A stretch of DNA of 30,069 nt from an uncultured Candidatus Poseidoniales archaeon. GTDB taxonomy: Archaea; Thermoplasmatota; Poseidoniia; Poseidoniales; Thalassarchaeaceae. Position 1 is the first letter of the stretch, and every line of letters begins with the position of its first letter. Positions 1 to 8,546 of this stretch are shown here, piece after piece. The notes under the pieces were generated by a model. That model was not told where the DNA came from and ran no database searches. It saw only the letters and a program-made list of their open reading frames with translations. The stretch is taken from assembly GCA_964645485.1 (NCBI GenBank), contig CAZXZO010000006.1:75333-105401 (forward strand), read 5' to 3'. Made by a program: the position numbers and the translations under genes.

Positions 1-841
1 CGACAACATAAGGGTCACCCAATTCATTAATCATTAGCCCAACATAGAGGCAACCCCGGTAAAGAGTATCTCGAGTCTTAAGCCACTCGTGCATTGGCTC
101 AACAATTCTTGAGTAAACCTTCTCTCGCACTTCATCTGTAACTATTGGTGCCGGAGCATATGCACCCATCCCCCCGGTGTTTGGGCCTGTGTCACCCTCC
201 CCTACTCTCTTGTGGTCCTGACTTGCCGGTAAAGCAACCCACCCACTTTCATCAAGCATAATGAGCATACTTGCTTCTTCACCTTGTAGGAATTCTTCAA
301 GCAGAACAAAACCGTCTGCTTTTAATCCGTCTGATAAAGCCTGACTCGCTTCTTTCCTGTCTGATGTAACCACTACGCCTTTACCACCAGCAAGAACATC
401 GCGCTTGACTACCCAAGGTGGTGCAAAGTCGTCAAGAGCAGCGTCAATTTGTGAGACTGAATTGATATTGTGTATACCTCCAGTAGGGATACCAAGATTT
501 TGCATTGTTTGTTTAGCATACAACTTGCTTCCTTCAAGTTTAGCACCCTCAGAATGAGGGCCAAAACAAGGGATTCCAGCAGCGGTTAATTTGTCGGCCA
601 AACCATCTACCAAGGGGCCTTCTGGCCCCACGACAACAAGGTCGCAGTCTAATGATTGTGCCAATCCCACTAAGGAATCCACATCACTCGCTGAAAAGGG
701 GTGATTAGTTGCCACCAGCGAAGTTCCAGCGTTGCCCGGAGCAACGTGAACTTCGCCTACTGAAGGCGATGTAACAAGTCCCATTGTTAGGGCGTGCTCG
801 CGCCCTCCGCCGCCAACAACCAACACAGTCGCCTCTGCCAT
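1..841 (-). CDS. purD: Phosphoribosylamine--glycine ligase (GAR synthetase), 3' part cut off by the window edge
   Basis: Absent from the ORF track because it runs off the edge. Manual minus-strand translation from ATG at 841 gives MAEATVLVVGGGGREHAL, VAPGNAG, VVVGPEGPLVDGLAD, VVKRDVLAGGKGVVV, EEFLQGEEAS and QDHKRVGEGDTGPNTGGMGAYAP, all canonical PurD motifs. Confidence 0.97.
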   Translation of the reverse strand, partial: MAEATVLVVGGGGREHALTMGLVTSPSVGEVHVAPGNAGTSLVATNHPFSASDVDSLVGLAQSLDCDLVVVGPEGPLVDGLADKLTAAGIPCFGPHSEGAKLEGSKLYAKQTMQNLGIPTGGIHNINSVSQIDAALDDFAPPWVVKRDVLAGGKGVVVTSDRKEASQALSDGLKADGFVLLEEFLQGEEASMLIMLDESGWVALPASQDHKRVGEGDTGPNTGGMGAYAPAPIVTDEVREKVYSRIVEPMHEWLKTRDTLYRGCLYVGLMINELGDPYVV

Positions 842-926
842 CAATTACATTGGTAGCGAAGAGAGGCGATAAGCAATACCTCCAAATCACAAATGGAGAG
901 AGATGAGGGAAAACATCCCTTTGCCT

Positions 927-1610
927 CTAATATGGTACAGATTTCAGTCCTAATTTGTAGCCCATGACATTGAATGAACGATGGATGATTGGTGTCATCA
1001 CCAAGAGTATTGCCATTCCCATCAGCAATCCTGAATGGCTTACGATAGAAGGCCCTAAGAGAATTAGACCAAACATGAATGTGAAAATTGCGAAAGGAAG
1101 TGTGTCGAGTAACGGTGCCTTACTACTCACCTCGCCTTCTCTCTTTAATCCGCGGCGGCGCTTGAAAAATGAGCCAACAGAGTCGCCAACCATGCACCCA
1201 AATCCAAGAATGCAGCCAATAATAAATGCCGCGCCCCATTCACCACCTATCCAAAACCATGCGGTTTCAACACTCCCTGAACCAACGCCATATGTGCCAA
1301 GAGGGTCAAGGAAAGGTGCACTAGAAATATGGTTTCCAGCGGAAATTGCATGAGTTAACATTGCAATTAATCCGCCGCCAATAGTACCGCCTATGAGGCC
1401 GTTCCATGTTTTCCCATCGCCTAAAATGCGGTTGCCATCAGAATGATTTTTCCCACCATCAATAGGATAGACAGTGATCCCTGTTTTATCAGGAATCCAT
1501 TTGCCGCCTAACATTGCTGTTGTGTTTGAGAGATAACCTGGAAGATACAACCATAACACCAGTAATGGCGCGATTACAAGGTTTTCCCATGGTAAATACT
1601 CTGACGACAT
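927..1610 (-). CDS. carS: CDP-2,3-bis-(O-geranylgeranyl)-sn-glycerol (CDP-archaeol) synthase, DUF46 family
   Basis: Hydrophobic protein with YLPGYLSN, PIDGG..DGNRILGDGKTWNG, GDSVGSFFKRR and APLLDTLPF motifs typical of CarS. Start is ATG 1610 (or GTG 1613) next to GGAGGTG. Confidence 0.9.
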   Translation of the reverse strand: MSSEYLPWENLVIAPLLVLWLYLPGYLSNTTAMLGGKWIPDKTGITVYPIDGGKNHSDGNRILGDGKTWNGLIGGTIGGGLIAMLTHAISAGNHISSAPFLDPLGTYGVGSGSVETAWFWIGGEWGAAFIIGCILGFGCMVGDSVGSFFKRRRGLKREGEVSSKAPLLDTLPFAIFTFMFGLILLGPSIVSHSGLLMGMAILLVMTPIIHRSFNVMGYKLGLKSVPY

Positions 1611-1672
1611 CACCTCCCGGTTATGGTGAAGGTTTGTATTCCTTTACCCGATGAAGCGAGGATTCATGTTCA

Positions 1673-3427
1673 ATGACATTGTCGCACAAAGCAATGAACA
1701 AGCGTATATTCGTGATTTTGACTGCTATCCTGATGCTTGGGATGGTTTTTCCAATCGCTAGCCAAACAATTGCCGCAACACCGCCTTCAGATGGAAGCAC
1801 AATTACACTATCTGAAGATACAAATTGGAATCAAACCTCAACTTTTGATGGGAATGTAATTATCCCTGCGGGAGTTAACCTGACTATTTCAGAGTCAATT
1901 TCGGTTGCCCAAGGGTCTTCTTTAGATGTGCAGGGTAATCTGATTATGAATGGAGGTCAACTGAATGCTGAAAACCCACCATCTGACCTACAGTTTTGGA
2001 GTGCATACGGTAGTTCGTCAACACTATTTTTACCAGAGTCAACCGGTTTCGGATTGCTGATTAAAATATATTCAGGAGCAGGATACAATCTATCAAATTA
2101 TACCGTTCAGTGGAATGATGGCCCGAAAGAAGACATGGAAGGTGATAATCACACAATAGTGGGGAGTGTCACACCTTTAGCGTCCGGTGGCACCCTATCA
2201 TTCGAGTCAATTTTAGGTGAATATGGTGAACTAGTAATTGACCGTATTGAAGTTGAGCGATTGACTGAAACTAATGTCTACGAAGCAACTGATTTAGATT
2301 ATTCAGGTTGGTTACTACGTGGCGATTCCGGATTCTCCCTGAATATCCAAAATGGTGGGACTCTGACCGCCACTGATTCTGAGATTTCAGGTGCTGATAT
2401 TAACATCAACGGAGCATTCAGTTCAACAAACACCCTCGTGAGTGTTAGTGGACCAGTTGCCCTTGAGGGAAGTACTGCTAGCATCTCAATGAATGGAGGC
2501 GGATTTGATGGCAGCAAAGATGACCACGATATTGTAGCTGATACAGAGGCAGAGATTTCTCTTACTAATGTTAACGGAACCGGCGATATTGTGGACCTCT
2601 GGGAGCGCCAAATATCATCTCAGATATTGCAATTCCCCGGTTCAGGAATTACCTTCAATCTTACTGGTGTCGGCCCTCAGGAACGAACTATGCAGGGACT
2701 TTCAATGGTTGATGGAACCTATGTTGTGCCGGCAAATTACCAACAAGGCCCAAGAATTGTGGAGATAGGATACAATGATGGCACCATTTGGACAGAAAGC
2801 GCTACAGTTACTGACATCAAATGGTTCACTGCATGGGGTACCTTTTATGGAACAAATGGTGATTTAGAAAAAATTGCAAATCCAAGTGTCCAATTTGACA
2901 ACATCCCTAACATCAGTGTTACATCTGTCGAAATAACCAAAGAAGGAAATTTAGGAAAGCGAGCGACTGTGATAGTCACCCTAAGCAATACGGGAAGTGC
3001 TGATGCTGGTAATTCACTAGATTTAATCGACAGCGTTGCAATCGAATGTTATGATGGAGAAAATAGAGCAGATATCAGTCCAACTTACCCCGCCGCTGAC
3101 GTTATGGCTGGAGAGACTGCTCAAATCCAATTAAAATGGGGTCATGCCCAAGAAGGAAATGCCACTCTAGTTTGCAGTCCTTTGACCCCTTCGCAGGTAG
3201 CAATTGAGGGAATTCTTGGAGGTGGGTCTTTCTCTAGTGAAAATGTTGCATGGAAGCCTGCTAGTGCGGCTTCACCAGGTATGAGCCCGATGCTAATCAG
3301 TTTCCTAGTTGCTTTGGTGGTTGGCCTAGGATTAGTAACCTACTTCTCAGCGATTCATGGTAAAGATGAACCAACTAAGATTATCAAAGTTGAACGCGAT
3401 GAATTGGATGACCTAGAAGATCTCTGA
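1673..3427 (+). CDS. Exported, C-terminally membrane-anchored beta-rich surface protein with a CARDB-like Ig domain
   Basis: N-terminal signal-like hydrophobic segment; PNISVTSVEIT...VIVTLSNTGSADA resembles CARDB; C-terminal TM helix then acidic tail (ERDELDDLEDL). Start may be ATG 1694. Confidence 0.6.
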   Translation: MTLSHKAMNKRIFVILTAILMLGMVFPIASQTIAATPPSDGSTITLSEDTNWNQTSTFDGNVIIPAGVNLTISESISVAQGSSLDVQGNLIMNGGQLNAENPPSDLQFWSAYGSSSTLFLPESTGFGLLIKIYSGAGYNLSNYTVQWNDGPKEDMEGDNHTIVGSVTPLASGGTLSFESILGEYGELVIDRIEVERLTETNVYEATDLDYSGWLLRGDSGFSLNIQNGGTLTATDSEISGADININGAFSSTNTLVSVSGPVALEGSTASISMNGGGFDGSKDDHDIVADTEAEISLTNVNGTGDIVDLWERQISSQILQFPGSGITFNLTGVGPQERTMQGLSMVDGTYVVPANYQQGPRIVEIGYNDGTIWTESATVTDIKWFTAWGTFYGTNGDLEKIANPSVQFDNIPNISVTSVEITKEGNLGKRATVIVTLSNTGSADAGNSLDLIDSVAIECYDGENRADISPTYPAADVMAGETAQIQLKWGHAQEGNATLVCSPLTPSQVAIEGILGGGSFSSENVAWKPASAASPGMSPMLISFLVALVVGLGLVTYFSAIHGKDEPTKIIKVERDELDDLEDL

Positions 3428-3432
3428 ATAAT

Positions 3433-4791
3433 TCAAGCACAACCAAGTATAATCGATTCTGAACCCTCTGAATTATCTTCATCAGAATTCATGCCACGAT
3501 CAAAAGTGAACTGCTCCACAGCAATAGTTGGGTCGAGTTCACTTGCCCATTCTTCAGTCATTGTCACGGTGACCTTAAATTCATAACAACCATAATCTGA
3601 CAATATGTCATCTCTTTCAATATACTCACGACCAAGTGGGTCGCCGTCAGTTGTTGTGCCTGGCAAGTTTAATTGAGAACTATAATCACCTACAACACTA
3701 CTCCCTGACCCAAAACCCTCAGAATTGTCCCATATTGCGGTGGTACCATCAACCGTGACGAGGGGATAGGTGAATGTAAGAGTTCCATCTGGATCAAAGA
3801 CTTCGTTGAGAATTGTGTAATCACCTTGAACTGCAGCTGGAGGAATATCTGAATCTAAGTCGACATTTCCTGTGCCAACCCAGACGTCCAAGACAACACC
3901 TAACAAGTCTTTACAAGATTCGCAATTATCAATGACTCCAGTCATCGCACCATCTGCATCATCAACATATCTTGTTAATGTTCTGCTATCAAGAACGATT
4001 GACCCCTCCCTCAATCCAGATTTACTCGCGTGGAGTCGATATGGAACTTCAGTGGTGTCGGGATTATATGAATTGCCATCATTGCCTTCGATAGATATTT
4101 TCTTTCCAGTTACTTGGAATGCATTATCAGAATAGAAGTCTGAGATATTAATGCTGAAAGAACCTAATCCATTCCCACTATCAATTGATTCTACAGTGTT
4201 GGTCCAAATGTCTACTCCATCCTGAGTCACCCTAACATCCAATGTATCACTCATTGCTGACGAACCAAATAATCCACTGGTTTGGCGGTACTCAAATGTT
4301 AATGAATTAGTAGTTTCATCGTGAGTTACATCTGTAACCGCTAGAGCCCCTGAAAAATTCATTCCACCAATATAAGGGCCTACGGATAATACTAACCATC
4401 CGACTAGTAAAGCCCCCCATTGAACTTTAGAAAGAGGATTACCTGCGTTGAGTAATTCACTATATGCCATTGACCCTAATCCAAGGGCCACTAGACAAGT
4501 ACAGAGAATGATGATGCCAGAGAATGAAGCAAGGGCAGTACCACTGAACATAGATGCAAGGTTAAACAGGCCATACATTGAGAATATCATTACGATAGCT
4601 GCCCCACCTGCAAGAACTTGACCCTTCAGATGATTTGGATTCCCCTCTCCTTCTTCGGAAGAAGCGCGCTCTAACAAGCCACCACTGGATGTTTCCTCAA
4701 CATCTTCAACTGCTGCCGTAACTTCCTCGTCAGGGGTTGTTGCTGCATTGTTGTCCTGACTCTGTGCTTTCTCTAGTAATCCACCGGACAT
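3433..4791 (-). CDS. Hypothetical membrane protein: acidic N-terminus, about 3 TM helices, large acidic beta-rich C-terminal domain
   Basis: 452-aa ORF with hydrophobic segments around aa 58-145 and an N-terminal repeated SGGLLE[KR]A motif. Confidence 0.6.
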   Translation of the reverse strand: MSGGLLEKAQSQDNNAATTPDEEVTAAVEDVEETSSGGLLERASSEEGEGNPNHLKGQVLAGGAAIVMIFSMYGLFNLASMFSGTALASFSGIIILCTCLVALGLGSMAYSELLNAGNPLSKVQWGALLVGWLVLSVGPYIGGMNFSGALAVTDVTHDETTNSLTFEYRQTSGLFGSSAMSDTLDVRVTQDGVDIWTNTVESIDSGNGLGSFSINISDFYSDNAFQVTGKKISIEGNDGNSYNPDTTEVPYRLHASKSGLREGSIVLDSRTLTRYVDDADGAMTGVIDNCESCKDLLGVVLDVWVGTGNVDLDSDIPPAAVQGDYTILNEVFDPDGTLTFTYPLVTVDGTTAIWDNSEGFGSGSSVVGDYSSQLNLPGTTTDGDPLGREYIERDDILSDYGCYEFKVTVTMTEEWASELDPTIAVEQFTFDRGMNSDEDNSEGSESIILGCA

Positions 4792-4955
4792 GTTCCACTA
4801 CCTCATTGGTTGATGTGTTGTGACACTCATACGGTTATCAACCCGTTGCTTCTTCGTATGCCAAGACATATGATTTGAAGATAGGTTAAACTATGCCAAA
4901 ACTAAACGAAATGCGAGGCTGTTAGCCATCTAACCATCGGTTAGTGATGGTATCG

Positions 4956-5912
4956 TCACAGACCGGGCGCAGAAAGTGGAGACGGGTTTAGCGACTCATC
5001 AATTTCTTCATGGTTGCGTCTACGAGCAGCGAAAGCAGCTCCTAAAGCAATCATAGATAGTGAAGGCATTAATTCAAATCCAGGTAGATAAATTCCACGA
5101 ACATAGATTGTAATCATCTGAGTTTGATAGTTTGGAACTCCTTCAGTTCGCACACTGTATTCACTTGTGGCACGGAATTGCAACTGATGATATTCATCAG
5201 TCCATCCTTGGATTTTGGGAGTTCTCATCATTACTCGCATTTTATCCGCCGGTGCTTGCGGTTCAATCTCTGTGCTGATTGTTGGCAGAGTAATCTGGAA
5301 ATCCTTCTCCTCAAGGTCATCACGATTTACGATGTCAATGTTGAATCGGTCGTATGCGTTTCCGTCATTGTAAACCTTGAACTCAAAGATGTAATCTGTA
5401 TTTGGGCGAAGTTGCTTGAATGGTTCTTCAGCCTCTACACGGAGTCTGCTGAATTGCATGATTGTAGCCATCACAGATGATTGCACTGATGGACATGTTG
5501 TGCAAGGAATACCACTAGCGGATGTGACTCTAGCAGTAATTGTAATCGAACGGCTACCTTCTGCCATTCTGTTATCACCACGAACAACCACTTCGAAAGT
5601 TGCTGAATCGTATGCACCTACAGTAATCAAACCTGGATGTGCTACTGCTAATCCACCCGCAGTCACAGTAATTGTGACATCCTCAACATATTGAGTTGGG
5701 TTTGTTGCAGTGCAGTAAGTTGTACCTGTTCGTGCTGCCCCTGGATGAACTTCAATTGGGATAGCCGCTGGAGAACAAGCAACGCTTACAGTAGGATTTG
5801 GCGACACTCCTTGTGCGGCAGCATTTGATGCTGCACCAGCCCACATACTCAATGCATAAACTGCCACAATGAGAATCAATCTGCGAGTTACTCTTCCGTT
5901 CACCTTAGTCAC
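4956..5912 (-). CDS. Surface protein, choice-of-anchor-T-like, ending in a PGF-CTERM-like sorting signal
   Basis: Signal peptide; C-x9-IEV-x-PG-x7-C domain shared with 5985-7013; C-terminal LPGFE + hydrophobic helix + RRR. Start may be GTG 5903 after AGGTGA. Confidence 0.6.
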   Translation of the reverse strand: MTKVNGRVTRRLILIVAVYALSMWAGAASNAAAQGVSPNPTVSVACSPAAIPIEVHPGAARTGTTYCTATNPTQYVEDVTITVTAGGLAVAHPGLITVGAYDSATFEVVVRGDNRMAEGSRSITITARVTSASGIPCTTCPSVQSSVMATIMQFSRLRVEAEEPFKQLRPNTDYIFEFKVYNDGNAYDRFNIDIVNRDDLEEKDFQITLPTISTEIEPQAPADKMRVMMRTPKIQGWTDEYHQLQFRATSEYSVRTEGVPNYQTQMITIYVRGIYLPGFELMPSLSMIALGAAFAARRRNHEEIDESLNPSPLSAPGL

Positions 5913-5984
5913 CTACGGTGAACTGTCACAGTCGTTCTGCTATAAGGATATGGGACCACAGTACCCGTTATTGTGACTGAAAAA

Positions 5985-7013
5985 TCACAAGTCATCAAGG
6001 CCAAAATCTTCAAACTCTTCATCATCCAAGTCAAAATCATCACCGAAGTCTTCTTCGAATTCGAACTCAATATTTGTGCTACCTCTGCGCGACATCCCTA
6101 ACTTAACTGCAACAACAATGACAGCAACTACAGCCAAACCTGCCAACCCCATTGCGGTAGTAATTGCCCACGCTGGAACATTATCAACAGAAGTCGACAA
6201 AAATGATTCTGCTTCTGCAATTGACTGTAATCTGAAATTATCCTCAACAACCCATGAAGCTCCGCTGTCATCCGCTAATTGACTCTCAACGTTCAAAATC
6301 ACCACAAATGATCCGTCAGCAATTGCTTCTGATGCAGTTATTGTGAGGATGATATCTTTAGATTCATTGACTCCTAACTTCTCCGATGTATCTGAAAATT
6401 CAAAGGTAAATCCAAATCCTTCAAGACCACTCTGATTTTCCATTGAAACTGATAAGGTGTCCTCTGCATTACCGGTATTTCTCATGGAAAAGTTAACCGT
6501 TGATTGCTCCCCATAATTGAGAGTTATCTCTTGTCCTTCCATGTCAATCCAAGGCCTGCCGAAAGGCATTACCTCAATTTTTACTGAGTCACTCTTGGAA
6601 TTCCCTATTAGCCATGGTGCGCCATTTGCCGACGTCACAGTGGCTTCGATTGTACTTGTGAAAGATTCTACAATTGCATTTACTTCAGCAGACCAACTTA
6701 CAGTGAAAGTTTGTTCGCTATTGGGGCCTACTGATATTGAACCAGGATATGCCACATTTAACCCAACATCTTCAACTGAAATATTGACATCTTCTGTGTG
6801 TAAAGAAGGATTTTCGAGTGTGCAAACAACTGAGCCAACTCTACTTTCACCTGGGCCAACTTCAATTTCTACCGTTTCATCAGGGCAATCAAGATTAATG
6901 TCAGGCTGAACTTGTGCCGAAACAGGGGGGACAAAACACATAGTTACCAGTAACAGTGAAGTTGTGATGAACATAGAACCGAACCTCAGGTATGCCATTA
7001 CTCCGCCCTCCAC
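5985..7013 (-). CDS. Surface protein, choice-of-anchor-T-like paralog with TM anchor and strongly acidic tail
   Basis: Aligns by eye with 4956-5912 (CPDETVEIEVGPGESRVGSVVCTLENPS vs CSPAAIPIEVHPGAARTGTTYCTATNPT). Likely ATG start at 6998. Confidence 0.6.
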   Translation of the reverse strand: MEGGVMAYLRFGSMFITTSLLLVTMCFVPPVSAQVQPDINLDCPDETVEIEVGPGESRVGSVVCTLENPSLHTEDVNISVEDVGLNVAYPGSISVGPNSEQTFTVSWSAEVNAIVESFTSTIEATVTSANGAPWLIGNSKSDSVKIEVMPFGRPWIDMEGQEITLNYGEQSTVNFSMRNTGNAEDTLSVSMENQSGLEGFGFTFEFSDTSEKLGVNESKDIILTITASEAIADGSFVVILNVESQLADDSGASWVVEDNFRLQSIAEAESFLSTSVDNVPAWAITTAMGLAGLAVVAVIVVAVKLGMSRRGSTNIEFEFEEDFGDDFDLDDEEFEDFGLDDL

Positions 7014-7058
7014 GGCAGTCCTATTTCAGCGTAATGTAATTCCATGCCGAGTGCCAAC

Positions 7059-7066
7059 TTTGAACA
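7059..7066 (+). promoter_or_regulatory. Possible TATA-like box of the tRNA gene
   Basis: TTTGAACA lies 25-32 nt upstream of the tRNA 5' end, the expected archaeal TATA position; the sequence is degenerate. Confidence 0.3.
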
Positions 7067-7090
7067 GGGGTAGGCTAGACGGGACTCCAC

Positions 7091-7168
7091 GGGCCCGTAG
7101 CTTAGGCTGGTTAGAGCGCTCGGCTCATAACCGAGTGGCCGCCGGTTCAAATCCGGTCGGGCCCACCA
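7091..7168 (+). tRNA. tRNA with CAT anticodon, most likely tRNA-Ile2(CAU) rather than tRNA-Met; intronless, CCA encoded
   Basis: Cloverleaf: acceptor GGGCCCG/CGGGCCC, anticodon arm CTCGG-CTCATAA-CCGAG, T arm GCCGG-TTCAAAT-CCGGT, discriminator A7165, CCA 7166-7168. The GGGCCC acceptor and CTCGG anticodon stem match archaeal tRNA-Ile; G1-C72 excludes the archaeal initiator (A1-U72). Confidence 0.95.
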
Positions 7169-7206
7169 AAATCACAATTGATTACATCAGAATTGACAAG
7201 GATTTT

Positions 7207-8463
7207 TCATTGCGGAAAACCAACAATCTGTTGCTCAACATATTCTTCACATTGCTGGCGAACTTCCTCAGGAACAAAAACGATTGAACGAGCGAACTCT
7301 CCAGATATTGATTGAATTAGAGGTGAGGCCTCAGATATATCTCGGCCATCATCAAGGTGTATCCCGCCTTGATATGGCAAATAACCCTCTTTCCTAAGTG
7401 GAGCGTTGATTAAATCATGATAACCGTCAAAACCAGCATCCTCAACAATTTTCTTCAAACCACTCCACAGACCATCAACTAGGCCCGGATTCAATACAAC
7501 TCGCAATTGTTTGTGAAACACCGCCCTGCTAGACAGCCTCTTGGCATAACCCGAAAGAATCTCATCCTTATGATCTGCCCACTGGAACACATCTGCAATC
7601 ACGAATGAATCCGTCAGTTGTGAATAACGATAGGGAGTTAGAGTGCGATTTGATAATAAATCTCTCATTTTCAATGAGATTGGCAGTGAGCCTTCTTCAT
7701 GCAATTCTCGCGCTCTAGCGAGCGCACGCACGTAGTAAACAGAAGTCAACATGCTCAACTTGTGGAAGTAAACCAATTCATACATATGCCAACGTGTAAC
7801 CAAATACGCCTCAACTGCGGAGGTTGAGTCTGAGCCAACTACTAGGTGGCCATCCTCAGAAATTTTGATGGCTCGCAACAATCTTTCAAGGTCAAATCCA
7901 CCGACATCTGCCCCGGTCACAAATTGGTCTCGCATCAGATAATCCAATCGATCTACATCGAGTTGACTAGAGACAATTTCATGCAAAAATGGCTCAACTG
8001 TTCCACCTTTCATTATCGCCAACAAACGGCCCACATCATCGCCTAGAGTTTCGTCAAGTACAGCAGAAATATCACACTCTGAATCGGTCAACATAATGCG
8101 ACCCCATTCCTCATGGTCTTTGAATGTAGCAAACACATCGGGTGTCTCGAACATGTGGGAAAATGGAGGGTGTCCAACATCATGCAAAAGGGCGGCAATG
8201 GGCACTAATTTCGCATCTAAATCACTTATTCTACCAGGGAATCTGTCTCTCAAATCCGCTACCAAACGAGTTGCTAGATGATACACACCTATTGAGTGTG
8301 AAAAACGACTGTGTGTGGCTGATGGAAATGCATAGTGGCAGGTTGCTAATTGTTGGATATAGCGTAAACGCTGGAAACTTCGAGTGTCAACTATTCTACT
8401 GATATAATCAGGGAGAATGATGTCACCGTGTAGTGCATCCCGGATGTATCGCTTGTCTCCCAT
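7207..8463 (-). CDS. HD-domain phosphohydrolase, SAMHD1-like dNTP triphosphohydrolase family
   Basis: IRDALHGDI, FQRLRYIQQL, HSRFSHSIGVYHLA, ALLHDVGHPPFSHMFE, LDVDRLDYLMRD, MYELVYFHK. ATG 8463 follows GGGGTGA. Confidence 0.85.
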   Translation of the reverse strand: MGDKRYIRDALHGDIILPDYISRIVDTRSFQRLRYIQQLATCHYAFPSATHSRFSHSIGVYHLATRLVADLRDRFPGRISDLDAKLVPIAALLHDVGHPPFSHMFETPDVFATFKDHEEWGRIMLTDSECDISAVLDETLGDDVGRLLAIMKGGTVEPFLHEIVSSQLDVDRLDYLMRDQFVTGADVGGFDLERLLRAIKISEDGHLVVGSDSTSAVEAYLVTRWHMYELVYFHKLSMLTSVYYVRALARARELHEEGSLPISLKMRDLLSNRTLTPYRYSQLTDSFVIADVFQWADHKDEILSGYAKRLSSRAVFHKQLRVVLNPGLVDGLWSGLKKIVEDAGFDGYHDLINAPLRKEGYLPYQGGIHLDDGRDISEASPLIQSISGEFARSIVFVPEEVRQQCEEYVEQQIVGFPQ

Positions 8464-8546
8464 TGTCACCCCCCCGACAATTTAGGGGGTTTTGTCCATT
8501 TTATTGAATGCACCTATTGAGAATTTGCAGTGGATTTGAAATGATT

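Noticed and set aside
705-1353. Short ORFs 705-890 and 964-1353, and similar short ORFs nested in or antisense to long genes across the window
   Set aside because: They overlap well-supported genes (purD, carS and others) and show no recognisable motifs or RBS.
4926-4950. Hairpin CCATCTAACC-ATC-GGTTAG(TG)ATGG downstream of the 4956-5912 gene
   Set aside because: Single bulged copy with no convincing U-tract; not enough to call a terminator.
7091-8463. Integrated element or island at the tRNA 3' end
   Set aside because: No integrase or transposase, and I found no second copy of the tRNA 3' end (att site) in the window. One could lie outside it.
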